A DNA stretch of 63,719 nt, counting the filler, from Perkinsus chesapeaki ATCC PRA-425 (Eukaryota; Protista; Perkinsozoa), in NCBI GenBank assembly GCA_013115145.1. It is 14 parts of 14 records of this genome, joined end to end, with 100 filler letters (N's around TTAATTAATTAA, not from the genome) between each part and the next. Parts side by side here need not be neighbours in the genome. Positions count along the whole stretch, not along the records: positions 42,124 to 51,846 come from JAAPAO010000927.1; positions 51,947 to 53,060 come from JAAPAO010002191.1; positions 53,161 to 55,160 come from JAAPAO010001708.1; positions 55,261 to 56,278 come from JAAPAO010002276.1; positions 56,379 to 63,719 come from JAAPAO010001036.1; 9 more parts are not named here. The stretch is one strand, 5' to 3'. Below the pieces are notes generated by a model that saw only the letters and a program-made list of their open reading frames with translations, made no database searches and was not told the origin of the DNA. Of this stretch, positions 46,026-58,799 are shown piece by piece (within the stretch, counting starts at the first letter, position 1; every line of letters starts with the position of its first letter). Position numbers and translations under genes: made by a program.

Positions 46026-49000
46026 CTATGGCTTCGCATCGGACCAATTGGAGCCGACCGCGATATCGACATCGAGTTTGATCATCATTCTGTATTCGGG
46101 TTTCAACTCGGCGAATGGATGCTCCATCAATTCTCTTACTATCGGGACCGCTTCAGAGGCCAATTCGCTTGGTCCTTCCAGGATCACTTCATCATGGACC
46201 TGAGGACACGGATACCGTAAACCGAGATGCACGAGAATATGACCAACACGGTTGAAAATAGCAGAGCCACCCGTGGTGGAATTATTTCGCGTCAAAACCT
46301 CACTTGCATGACAATGCGGAATCCCATCTGCCGGAGCCTCTCGTCAGCGTCAACTCGGAGCATGGCCATCATGGCGATGTCAGCCGCAGATCCCTGGATA
46401 ACAAAATTCACTGCAGCCCGTTCCGACCTTCCCGAGTATCTGATTAATTGCTAGCAGGTTGTTCCAACGGTGAAGTCACTCACTTTCGAAGCCTATGTTT
46501 GATATGTGGAAATCTGCGATGTCGCCCAAGGATTGAGGTAGCGTACTGAGTATCTCGAGCTTGCTGTATGATCTGATAACAGTCGTGAATCACAGAGATC
46601 GGCAAAGCTCACCTCCGATTTCCAACGCTCCACACCTTTTTTAGAATTGTTCCACCGCCTGAACATGTCCCGCACTTCATACACCGGCAAGTCCATTTCC
46701 TCAGCGAGCGTTCTCTCGCCCTTGCCATAAGCAATCGAGAAGTTCATCACCTGCAAAACCGATATAGGGCCTTTCGCCTCCCACCCTACCTTTGCTCGCT
46801 GGCGATGCTTTGGGAACTTGCTCTTAACGCTGGGAATACCCGGATGGGCCTCCGAGTCATCCACGACCACCTGTAGAGGGAAGACAAACTGCTTTGAGAG
46901 ATATGCGCATGCCTGCCCACGTCAAGGATCTTTTCGATAAAATTCCGCGACATTCCTGAGTTCTCTAACCCCTAAGACGTTACTTGGGCTTGCGAAAGCG
47001 AGTAGATATTTCAACACTTACCAGCCCTCGAGCAACAGCCTCTCCAACCTCGGGGAAAATATCCACTGCGCACTGGGAGTGTATATCTCCACCTTCGTTC
47101 AATTGCCGTATCATAGGCTCGCAACGCGACATGTGCGCCAGAATCCGCAGCTCTAGCTGGGAGTAATCACCGACAATTAGGGTGTTCCCCGGACGCGCAC
47201 AAAACGCTTTCCGAATTGAATAGAGATCGTTGTGAGCGCTCGGCGGGTTTTGCAGGTTCGGTTTCCGACAGCAGAGGCGTCCTGAAAGCCGCACGATGCT
47301 GCTACGGTGGACGCCTTCAGCAGAGCTCACCTGTGGTGGTATCGAGGGCCAAGCTGGGATGGATGCGCCCGAAGCCATCTGCGTCATCCTTTATTCTTTC
47401 AATGAGGGGCGATAGGACTGATGTGATCGCCGCTGATATTCTGATGCTCCGCTGAAGGTGCCATAGTAGCCGACATACCTAACAGGTTTGGCACAAAAAC
47501 CCTGCACGCATGCGCATACGTTTGCCGCGTGTTCATGGCCTCTGGTAGGCTCCAATTGATGATAGGCAATGCCATAATCACCGTTATAAGGATCCCCAGC
47601 AAAGGCTCTTAAAATGGCCGATTCAACCTGTAATAAATCTCAACTTCACGTTGCCGGCGGAGATATTCCACCTTCGGCCACCCGCTGGGGGCGTAGTTAC
47701 TCAGTCTTTCTGTACCATACACATATGCGAGAGGTTCAAGCCCCAAGCCGCGGATCAGGAATCGCTGCTTGGATGAAGGGGCGATAGGGAACTCCATGAA
47801 CGGCGGCACCCACTGGGCCTCTTCGCCCGCCTTCACTCGCCGGGCCACCCACTTTAGGCGATCTGCCTCGTCGGGTTTACCAAATAAAAGTTGCCGAATT
47901 TGCCGACTGGATCTCGGATTGATAAACTCGGCCTGAGGGTTCAGCGGCCGTCCTCGAGAATCTGAGCAACAGGAACCTCACTGTGGCAGCGCACTCATCT
48001 GGTGTTACCTTTCAAAAGCTGAGCCATCGATCGAAACGATTCCTTATGCTGCTCGAGATCCTCACCGGCCTCGGCAAGTTGGTGTGTCAAATACTCTCTA
48101 TTGGCTCCGAATCCTCTGCGTTCAATATCAACCAAAAGCTCGGTGAATGGACGATAGAATCCCAGGGCAAAGTCCGACATAGACAAACCAGAGTACCTGA
48201 GAATCAGCGGACATTCCGATGAAGACTTCGACCAAACTAAAGCTTACATCTCGGGATTGCTAAGTCCATTCAGCTTGGCTGCCATCCCTCTACGCAACTT
48301 CGAGTGCATCGGCTCCCAGTGTAGCTCCGTGCACCATTCCTGCCCGCGTAGCGTTTGTGTTAGTCTCTGACATCACATCACTACGCGGCCGCCTATCTCC
48401 CCTCACCTTGTAGAGCATGTACGTAAAGTAAGCGTCATCGGCTGCGTATTTGAGCCATTCGCCGAATTTACCCTCGCTGCAGTGGGCCTCCAACCCGCCT
48501 ATCCCAAGCCTCCCTCCAAATCTGACACATTGTTCTGGCGAAGGACGAAAATTATGGTGAACTTTGACAGAATTCCGGTCGTCGACTTTTTGCATATCAA
48601 AGCGTCAAATCATTTAAACCAGCGAATGACGAAAGTTTAGGGCCGACTGAGACCATAGAGAAACGATACTTGTTCCCAGTGGGACTGAGTCCGATGTTTA
48701 TTCTTTTACTAGGAGCCTATTACTATCATATCTCCACACCACGAACGCTGCTCAATCTTCGGGAGCTCAATCTCGTAAGGCGGAATGGCCCGTGGCTCCA
48801 GTGAGGACCAAACTACTATTCGATCATAAAAACGGTATTATTAGTTCAAGCAGCTAGGTTTTTCCTCAACCATGATGACATTTTTGGAGATCCTTCACCG
48901 AATTTCGGCAGATTTTCCTTTCTCACTTTTCCTTATACGTCGGAGGTTCATGCGGTGCAATTCCAAAAAGCCCCACAAGCCTCTTGAGCTGATATCCCTT

Positions 49001-51319
49001 GCCAGGTCCAGAATGCAGGTCGCAGTCTGACGAAAATAATGTTCGCGCAGTAAAGCCAGAACACCAACTCACCAACCGAAAGTGGCTGTAAAGGCCCGCT
49101 CTCTCCATCCAGAGCCGTCGCTGCAAGATCCTCATCATCTTCGTCTGTCTTACGAGCCGATGGGTTCTTCACCTTCGGTGCCTTGTCCGGTTTGACCTAA
49201 AGATACTCCTGGAATGTCGTCAAGACATGCACAATTGAGGGACACAAGACGTAACTGCAGGCAATACATTTGGTGCTTATTTCCGCCTTAGGAAAATTTC
49301 AAAAAATTTTCTAGCACCTTAGGAGCACTTTTTGCGCCTCCACGACCACATTTACTACGACCTAGATGAGTCCGTGACGGAGCATTATCAACTTGGGATG
49401 GGTGGATCGACTGAGACCATTGATATATGGGTAGGAGACAAACGTTACGAAACGCTCATTAATAAGACCGTTATTAGTCGAATCAAACAATACAATAATT
49501 TTCAGGAGTATGATGAACTCTTGTTGTGCGTAAATTAATACCAAGTTTCCGTCAAATCATACGGTCTATAATGGCGGATCAATTCCCATTATATTAAAGC
49601 CCACCTGATCTTCCCAGCTGCTAAGGCTGGAATCGAAGAGCCGAGCTAGATATCTAGTATCGGCTTCAAGCCCTCGGACAGTAATACCATGAGCATGCAT
49701 TATATGAGCATCGGTGGCAAAATTATGAAATACCTTCTTCCTAAAACAACACCCAGCGGGGATCGAACCAACGACCAAAAGCATGACAGCCATGATAAAT
49801 ACCACTGGACCATATCACCGGACAGCACTCACTTGTTTGGATCTTCGAAGTACTCCTTGAACAAGTCCAATACGTGCCTGCTCGGACCCTTGCAGTCCAC
49901 AAACAGCAGCGGGCCGCTGCCGAAATCAATGCCACCACCAGCGTACGCCGTCAAGCACAGTAACTACATCGTAGAAACCATCAGTAAATCGGTTAGTTAA
50001 ACCGCTCTCACCGAATAGTCGGTAAACACACTTTTCACCGAAGAATTCCTCGAAGTCTCGCACTGTAAATTTTTCACAGTGCGAAGATACTCCAAGTTTC
50101 TAGCCACCAACCGAAGATACTACCTCTCCTGAAGCATGCGCTGGCGTATTACGAGCTAGTTCGACATTCCAGAACTCTGTGTCCCAAGCAACTGCACCTT
50201 GATGAGATTCTAACACTTTTATCTGATCAATGCATGTCATGATGGAAACACCGTCTAATATCGCCAGTGCGCAGATCTAATGGGATGCTCCCCATGGAGA
50301 AAGTCCCCTAGTGCTGCTCCCGTATCTCTTCCCATATTACCGCTCGCAATGCCTGCTCCTCAGTAGTAACCAAAGTAACACCTTTTGGTGCCGTAAAGTG
50401 CATACGGAAGTCAGTTTCCTGATCGATCTGACGAAAAATTTCGTAACTTCCGAGCCACACTTCTACCTTAGCAAGCCTTTTCGCAAAAGTATCTTTCCTC
50501 GCACGCTTGGGCTTCTCCTCGCTAACCGCGACGCTAGTAGGCACGCCGTTGGCTTCAGTCAATATTGACGTAGACGAGCCCTGAAGAACGACTCAGCAAC
50601 AGCTTCTGAACTCTCATGAAAATGTACTTTCCAGAGAGCACATGAATTTGACAGGAAAAGACTTCGCCATGCACTATTGATGACTGTACCATCCAACTTA
50701 CAAGCGTATTACACAATTCCTGTTTTATTTTAGAGTTGTCGGTGAGAAAGGAGACTTGCACTTGAAGCAGGCTACCAATGATCACTATCCCCACTATGTG
50801 CGCAAATGTCTACCTTGCTGACCTAAAATATGCGTGGTCATTCGGGCGCCTCCCTACCCAACTCGCGCTGAGAACGAAATAAAAAGGGACAGTTACCCTC
50901 CCGCGAAAAATAATAGTTTAACAGAGCGAATAATAGTATAACGTCTGCCCGATTACACATCACTTGAAGCGGAATCTCCTCTCAATGGCTATTCCAAAAA
51001 CTACAAGTGCTATCCAACACTGGTGCTGGTAACTTCGCCTTGGACCCACCATCGAGCCGCAGGAGAAAGATAGAATTTGGAGGGTGCAATCCCAAGACCG
51101 GTATTGGGTAAATCCATCGACGCCCAGTATTACTTTCTCCTCTTTATTATTAATCAATGCTACTATAGGCAAATTCCCCCTAGTATCCTCCTTCCTCATA
51201 ACCATCGCCGCCGAGCTGGAGCTTAGCCACCGTCTCGTAGAGCTTTGAAAGGGGACCAAACAGCGGCGCACTACCGGTACTGCATATTGCAGCCGGTAAA
51301 GGGTGCAGGTGGCCGCCAT
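46026..51319 (-). CDS. Family A organellar DNA polymerase, POP type (3'-5' exo + polymerase), multi-exon, N-terminal transit-peptide-like sequence
   Basis: Motif A GDYSQLELRILAH; motif B RQRAK..NFSIAYG; NFVIQGSAADI; motif C QVHDEV. Exo segments CLTAYAGGGIDFGSGPLLFVD, KKVFHNF, DTRYLARLFDSS and SGWPKV resemble plant/protist POP. The link to the start at 51319 is inferred. Confidence 0.85.
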
Positions 51320-51773
51320 TATGCGAGATAACGCTGGGGATGGCCCAGACACCCACATTACTAAAAGCATGCATACTTGATTTATAGCTCAACAACAATG
51401 TGAAAGGAAAGGTGGAATATATTGTCATTGCACTACGAGGCGGAATCGAAGGCCGGACCGAAGACCCTACTAGGGGAAACCGTCCTCCAGTATCGATTCA
51501 GATTCCATAACACCCAAGTTGCTTTTAAATAGGTAATAATACTGTTATCATTTTTTGCGTTATTCGGCGTTGCCGTGTGTGACGTACTTCCTGAGGTTGC
51601 TCTGCTCTATGCTTTGTATATGCGTTCGATCAATATTTCTGTGCGAGCGCTTCAGTATGCATAGCTATTACTACACCTTTTCAACGCCTATTTCGACAAT
51701 AGTAACTTCTATTTCGACAGCCGAGCGAAATTTACGTTAAGATTCTCGTTTAGTAATTTCAATTTCATCACGT

Positions 51774-51846
51774 AGGTGCTTTAGTAACTTCAATATACCC
51801 TGGGAGGTGCTTTAGTAACTTCAATATACCCTGGGAGGTGCTTTAG
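51774..51846. repeat. 31-bp tandem repeat AGGTGCTTTAGTAACTTCAATATACCCTGGG at contig end
   Basis: Direct reading. Confidence 0.9.
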
Positions 51847-51946
51847 NNNNNNNNNNNNNNNNNNNNNNNNNNNNNNNNNNNNNNNNNNNNTTAATTAATT
51901 AANNNNNNNNNNNNNNNNNNNNNNNNNNNNNNNNNNNNNNNNNNNN

Positions 51947-52619
51947 TAATGCGATGGTATACGAGGCCAGTTTGCATTATTGCGCAAAAGCAGTGAATAT
52001 TGGGGCCCTTACTGGAACCCTCTTTCACTACTGCCCTCGATCCTCTCACCGAACGGGCAACCCCTCTTTTTATGAAGAGGTTCACATTGGTTTCATCAAA
52101 GAATACCAAGTCCTCCGAGGGAATGACTGACACCGTTTGAACGTACTCCTTTCGCTTGTGACGGTTCTGAGGGTTGTTGACGGCCTCCCCTTCCATATGG
52201 GGACGCTTCACGGTATACGCCAAAGAGTCAAGATGGTTCTTCACAGTTTGTTGAGAAACGGAAATACCATGCTGTCTATGTATCTCGTCAGCCATCATCT
52301 TCAGTGTAGCTTGGGGATTTTGTTCAACATAGGCCACCGCACTTTCGACACACTCTCGCGTCATCTTACACCGCTTTTGCCGAATCCCACCGCGACTTTT
52401 GCGAGGCTGAGACCCACCTACCTTTGCATAGGTGGCGGCTGTGGTCGGTTTTATACCATTTGCAGCTGCAATTGCGTACCCGTCTTCCCCGTCGCGAAAC
52501 GCTTGGGCAACTCTGGCTCTCGCGCTACTTCGGATCTTTTTGTAAGAACCCCGCTTCACACCTGGGGTAGGACCTCGGCGCCGTGGAGGGGGAGTTTGAG
52601 GAGCCTCTTGGTTTTCCAT
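51947..52619 (-). mobile_element. IS630/Tc1-mariner superfamily transposase, 3' truncated by gap
   Basis: Uninterrupted ORF with HTH regions (AIAAANGIKPTTA; NPQATLKMMADEI..VSQQTVKNHL) and first catalytic Asp in LVFFDETN, then ARSVRGSRA and KGPNIHCFCAI. Confidence 0.88.
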
Positions 52620-52928
52620 ATAAAGGGAATTGGTAAGAGAAAATTGCTGCGACGTAAACGCCAATGAGTATCGGCACGAGTACTACGGAAGCCCGCAGAA
52701 CCTCTTTTGAGGGGGCCTCGCTACCTATGCGTCGCTACCTGGACTGTCCGCTCAGACTGGACAGAAATTCTGTCACAGAATGTCCAGTGCAGAGGCTGGA
52801 CGCGCATCTTCTGGCAGTTTCTCTCTTGGGTGGGCGCGCGGAAGTTCGCCGACTGTGTACTGTACTATGCCGCGAAGTCAATGGGTATTTCGGTTCCACT
52901 TGTTCAGCTCACGTCGTGACCCTCCCGA

Positions 52929-53060
52929 AATTGTTCTGGGTTTTTACTAATTTGTTTTGGGCTATATTAATTTGTTCTGGGTTTTTACTAATTTGTTTTG
53001 GGCTATATTAATTTGTTCTGGGCTTTTACTAATTTGTTCTGGGCTATATTAATTTGGTCT
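52929..53060. repeat. 41-bp unit x3 built from two related 20/21-mers (AATTTGTTYTGGG core)
   Basis: Direct reading; about 310 bp upstream of the transposase ATG. Confidence 0.9.
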
Positions 53061-55261
53061 NNNNNNNNNNNNNNNNNNNNNNNNNNNNNNNNNNNNNNNN
53101 NNNNTTAATTAATTAANNNNNNNNNNNNNNNNNNNNNNNNNNNNNNNNNNNNNNNNNNNNGACCATGCTGTTAGCTTCTGTGTTGTATCATTCCCAAGAC
53201 TGTTGGGGTAACAGAGCAATACACTTCACCGAAGATCCATTTTGTATAACAGCCAGTACAACGACGTGCACAGCAGTATCATGTAAATGATACTGTGTCA
53301 TTCACTTTTGTTGTAGTCGAGTTCGATTCGTTGTCTATATGATTCGGCCGACAATGAACGTGCACGTAGTTCTTTAAGTATTGCCTAGGCCAGACGTGCG
53401 CGCTATAGGGCACAGAACGTCAGTACCAATAAGCTACATTAGTAAGCTCCAAGTAAGGTACTGTACCACTAAACTCACATTCACGTTTGGTTTTGGCATT
53501 TACTGCATGATACGTGGAGTTGGGTTTTTAGTAGTCTCTCAGTTATCCACCATCTTCTAGATAGAGTGCGCTATTAAGTTGATCAATCAGGTCACGGATA
53601 CGGTCAAACGATCAGATGCGGAATGTATGTGGAAGGCCGAAATCTAACCGGCCAGCATTCGCGGAATCGGAGTCTCGGGAGCCGTATGTGCGCACTCTGG
53701 GACACAGCCACAACAGGATGTTAGCGTGCGGCAGCTCTAACATTCAAAAAAGTAGAGCTTTCTGCTTACGAGCATACTTACGAGCTATAGTTGTCCAACT
53801 TAGACTCCAGGCAGCATATCAGTGGATCAATCTGCCAACTCAAGACCGTGGTTAACAACACAAACTGCAGTATTGATACCTATGAACTGCACCATTGACA
53901 ATCAAGAGAAGCATCATAGATACATTGGCACTCCAGCAGTGCACAACGTGAGGACATTTCTTGAGTCTCTGAAGGAATAAGCTTACCACTTAACAAGGAG
54001 ATGCTTACCAAGCAGCCCAGCAGGCACACATCATGGCGGCAGTTCGAATTTGAGTTACCATCATCATGTGGACCGGGCCAATGCAGCAGTACTTTCCGCA
54101 TACACAAGCGGCCTCGGGTCCCAAGGCTTGTGACAAGCCTTGGGTAAGCCTCACTGCTGGCGCTGGACGGGGAAAAAGAAAAAGGCTGTCGGCCTCTCCG
54201 AGCAGATATACGATATCAGGTATCGGATATCTTACTGGGTCTATGCAATACTATGATAGTATTACTATCAGGTACCATTCGACCGAGTTTACCCAGTGGA
54301 GCCACGGCAGACTCCACCAGGTTCGAGATAAGAACCTAATCTATGCCTAATAAGCTTGGAGAGCCCTGTGAGTAGATGGTTTGACTTACAATATTGGTCG
54401 TTACGCTTGATTCAAATAAATCTACCATATTGTAATCTATAAAACCGCTTCTTTTCCGAGGAGTGTGGGAGAAGATGAAACAAGTGGTGTAAGTCACCGG
54501 GTGACGCACCGCTTGCTCATCATGTGCCAGTGTGCTGCCAGTGTACATCACAAGTCACAGGACTATACAGGTGTGAATTTGCCATGGCAGGCGACACTGA
54601 CACCTCCCCGAAATCGAAGCAAAAAAAATCAAACGGATGGCGCCTGAAGATGGCTTACTATCTGTGCCATTTCTTAAGCCATCCGCAGAAGTCAAAGCCA
54701 ACGACATTGCAACTCAGCTTTGGAACACCCCATTCATGAACAATGGGTTGATATCTCGCAGCGCGTTAGGGCGAGCGAGATCCACCAAACGCGACAGTGA
54801 GCCTGTCCTAGCCCAGAACACAGTAGCATTCCTCGATTTGTAGTCGCTATTTTACGCTACAGACAATATATGTTGTGCTAGACACAAAACCAAAACACCA
54901 CCTGCTGATTACAAAAGTACAGTTCTCGTCAGAGAACATGTTCAAGCAAGTGTACGCCGAGGCCGGAGGAGTTCATCGTGTACTTGGCGCGCGCCCAATT
55001 TGTGTCTTGAGGAGCGTGCTTTAGGTGGTTCATTATCTCGAAAATCAGACGCCGCCCGTTTGGCTTCGTTGATGGGTTCCGAAATCGCGTCGGTTAAGGT
55101 TTGCGAGAGCGATTTCGGTACCATTAATCGTAGATTTTTTTATGTTTGGTCGGGAGACACNNNNNNNNNNNNNNNNNNNNNNNNNNNNNNNNNNNNNNNN
55201 NNNNTTAATTAATTAANNNNNNNNNNNNNNNNNNNNNNNNNNNNNNNNNNNNNNNNNNNNA

Positions 55262-56251
55262 CAAAAGGAGGAGGTCGGTGGATCCCGCCAACAAGACGGG
55301 AGAAAGACCGTCATCTGCAGAAACTACGCCTATCAGGGCACCTGCAATTATGGAGCTCGTTGTAGATTCTCCCACGCAGGAGATCGGAGAACTATACGAG
55401 AATCCGCAAGCGAGGCGGGTACCAAGAAGCCCAATGAGGCAGCCTTCATAAAAAAGGAGGAAAATGGTACTCCCCTGAAGGACGCTGACAACAAGCCCAA
55501 AGAGTGTCTGTTTAATAAAGTCGGGAAGTGTAAGTTCGGTGATAAATGCATCTTCAAACACAACCCGCAGGATAGCGAGGTCAGGCGTTCAGAGCGGTTA
55601 AATAAAGGAGTCTATATCGCGCAATCTGGAAACTCAGCAAATCCTGTAGATCCAGAATTAATCTGCGACGACGTCCGCCGCTTTGATGGTCTCGTAAATA
55701 ATAATGTCCAAGCTCACATTTTATGCGACACTGGTAGTCAACTAAATTTGGTGACCGGCAGTTTCGTGGACAAGGCGAACCTCTGCAAAGAGGCCATAAC
55801 TGCAATTGACTTCTCTGGTATATCTGGTGAATGTTGTTCTTTTAATGAAATTACTTCCTTTGTGGTGAAAGTAGGAGATTGTCAGACCAAGGTGAAAGCC
55901 GGTGTGGTATCATCTCTCCCCAAAGGAGCCGATATTCTACTCAATAACAAAGTTACAGAGAGTTTCGCGGTGTGTGCTGCATGTGTTGCAGAAGATCACA
56001 TTGATAATATTATCCGCAAGGAGCTCAACTTCGATTGGGTTCCTCTCCGCTCGGCACCAGGGTTTGCTATGAGGTGTAGAGAGCTGCGTATAGACGAAGC
56101 AAAGGATCATGAGAACCAGCGCTTTTGTTTTGAAATAAGCATTGATCCGAGTGGATTACCAGAAGGTACATGGCCGCGACAGTTCTCTGACTTCGGGAAG
56201 AAGATATGTGAGGTTTACGAAGTAGACAAGTTTAGTTGTGGTCGTCAATAA
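55262..56251 (+). mobile_element. LTR-retrotransposon-like gag C-terminus with two CCCH zinc fingers fused in frame to aspartic protease
   Basis: Open frame from the contig edge, missed upstream of 55748 by the ORF track: CRNYAYQGTCNYGARCRFSH, CLFNKVGKCKFGDKCIFKH, then HILCDTGSQLNLV (DTG) and ADILL. Intronless. Confidence 0.75.
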
Positions 56252-56378
56252 GCGGCACGCGTGCACGGACAGCACGTCNNNNNNNNNNNNNNNNNNNNNN
56301 NNNNNNNNNNNNNNNNNNNNNNTTAATTAATTAANNNNNNNNNNNNNNNNNNNNNNNNNNNNNNNNNNNNNNNNNNNN

Positions 56379-56540
56379 TACATTTATATATTATTTTTAT
56401 GCCTCCACTTCCTCATTACATTTATATATTATTTTTATGCCTCCACTTCCTGACTACATTTATATATTATTTTCATGCCTCCACTTCCTCATTACATTTA
56501 TATATACAATTTTTATGCCTCCACTTCCTCATTACATTCA
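56379..56540. repeat. Intronic minisatellite, 38-bp unit x~4.5
   Basis: TACATTTATATATTATTTTTATGCCTCCACTTCCTCAT starts at 56379, 56417, 56455 and 56493. Confidence 0.92.
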
Positions 56541-56552
56541 TGCTTCTTCAGA

Positions 56553-56926
56553 ACCCTCGAGGGAGAGTGTTCCTCAAATCGGGCGCCCCACGTATCTTTC
56601 GCACAGCTTCTCGGCGAAGGAGACATTCTCACGTATAAGCTTGCCGAGCGCGGCTATAAAGTGTAGCATCCCCCTTGGTTACCCTTCCTCTATCGGCTAC
56701 TATTTCAGGTACAAGTATGTGCCTTATGGCCGAGTATCAGAGGCTGTTCCTCACATTATACGTCGCATTCAGGAAAGCTCAATTGATAGAGGTATTTCTT
56801 CAGACCAGCTCAACCGGCCAGTGTGGCCTTTCAGACTATACGTCTCGAACCGTGAAAGCAATCCTGAATGAGTTGAAGGCGAGGTGGATACCATCGAAGA
56901 TTGTCGAGAGGATCAAGCATGACTAG
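56553..56926 (+). CDS. PRODH: Proline dehydrogenase, 3' exons
   Basis: FAQLLGEGDILTYKLAERGYK|YKYVPYGRVSEAVPHIIRRIQE matches the PRODH C-terminus (FGQLLGM..YKYVPYGP..YLxRR). Confidence 0.85.
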
Positions 56927-57176
56927 TCTTTACCAGTCGACATTGTCCCGTAGGAGTCGAACTGTTTCATGTGGCACTGCGTTTCTTTCCTTCATTTTGC
57001 TGTTGCATTACATTACTGATAGCGCGACAACCAGTAGTAGCGAGACTTTTGAGCCCAGTCGCTGTTTTTGAACACTTCGGTTCGAAAGTGTGGAGCACCT
57101 CGAGGTGGATTGCTGCCGAAACGAGATTTTATGGTATCTTCGTAACATGTGAATTTGCAGTCATGCCAATTGAACA

Positions 57177-58447
57177 ATGAATGAGCATTCGGCCGCTGGT
57201 CGGCATCTCGAATCGGATTCTGTGATCCATGACCGTGGACTCTTTGTTCTGATAGCCGCCTATCTTACATCTGAGGACATAACAAGGCTAACCTCAGCAT
57301 CGCGATCAACACGACAGATGTTATATACTTCCGCACAGCGAATGGTAATACCCCACATCGATACAGTAAACCGGCGCTTTGGTCGAGGGCAACTGGCGCT
57401 GCCTAAAGTGGCTTGGAATAGGGTATTGTCATGGTCACTTTATCTGAGGAAGCAGCACCAGGTTATGTTCATGTTGGAAGCTTTGAAAGAAGAAAGCTGT
57501 GAGCTCTCGAACTTGCGATTATTGAGGATCATTGGCAACTACTCGGACAGTGCAGATTTAAGGGAAACGCCAGTGCCGCTGTTACGGGCCATTTCTGGAC
57601 GGTGCCCTAAATTGGCCATATTAGAAGCGGATATATTCTGCAGACAAGACGTTATGAGTGAAGTGCGGTTGTTTATAGATGGATGCCATCATCTCAAACA
57701 ACTTGACGTGCTGTGTTATCATGATAGCGTTGGTCCATGTAAGGGACATCACGGTAATCGTTCGTACCTCCTGTTGTAGGTACTTTGGTGGATATATTAC
57801 CGAGAGAAGCGTCGCATTGCAAGCTAAGTAGGATTGGATTGGTTGGCTGTATGTCCCATATGATCGGTATCAATGCTGGTGACATTCTAACAAGAGCTAT
57901 GAACTATCCTAACACTCTCACGCACATCAACCTTCGTGGGTTAGTCCTAAAGGGCCGGCTTGACGAGATATGTGCTGTGGCCTCGCTGCCTCGAAGGCTT
58001 CCGAATTTGGTACACTGGGCCGTTAGAGTGAATATGTTATGTTTCCCGCTTAACCGTATTATTGAAGAACGAGAAGCTACCCCTATGATGCTGTGGAACG
58101 TCAGACTAGTGGGCTTCGAAAGTACCTGTATCGACTGTGAGGCTATTCGTCCCGATAAGGTTGGTGGTAAAGGGGTCCCGTGGCTCAACTTTCTGTCATA
58201 CACAAAGTTAGCCGACAAGGCCAGCAAGGATACTCTCTCAGCACTGGATGCATTCAGATCTGAATTCGGACAGTTTTTATCGGATATATCATTCACATCT
58301 CGAGACGAGAAACTTTGGGAGGATATTTGCAGAACTGTGAAGGATGCTTTGCTGGCGCAACTGAAGAAACGGTCGAAAGTTCGTCGAATGGCTGCGGTAA
58401 CGTTGATAGATGATGGTGGTGCTCCTTCTATTGGTTCGTTATTATAA
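57177..58447 (+). CDS. F-box-like / LRR-like hypothetical protein, one intron (57739-57779)
   Basis: LFVLIAAYLTSEDITRLTSASR is F-box-like, followed by LRR-like CPKLAIL, CHHLKQLDV and LPNLVHW. A GTAAGG...TAG intron joins the two ORFs in frame. Confidence 0.5.
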
Positions 58448-58799
58448 TATAATTGTGCATTGTGGCTTGATGTTGAGTTGTTACCAAACACTACACAAAC
58501 GTGATAGACGCAATTATTAACACGCAGAGCAATCGTAAATTATGAGGAACAACAAAGCAATACTCAATCAAGGTCATCACACGTTTGAGGGGTATCAGTG
58601 GCCTTTACGGCAACTGCACTGCTAGATGATGAATCAATTGGTGAAGGGGCGTCGGAAGGGGAGTCCAAGGGGTCGAGTTCTTCGATGGATGCCCTAAAGC
58701 AACGAAGTTGATAATTACCCAAACGGTTAAAGGGGTTGTATGATTATCCAAAGGTCGTGGGTTCGATCCCAAGGCACGGCGTAAAGGTACCCATTCTTA

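Noticed and set aside
38383-51846. Functional clustering of exonuclease, metal ATPase and polymerase, or of any genes across spacers
   Set aside because: Artificial spacers separate the contigs, so order across them cannot be trusted, and eukaryotic neighbours need not be functionally linked.
53161-55160. Short ORFs on this contig
   Set aside because: No recognisable motif or consistent exon chain.
57754-57779. Ultra-short 26-nt intron in the F-box-like gene
   Set aside because: An upstream donor GTAAGG at 57739 has the same phase, better consensus, and gives a normal 41-nt intron.
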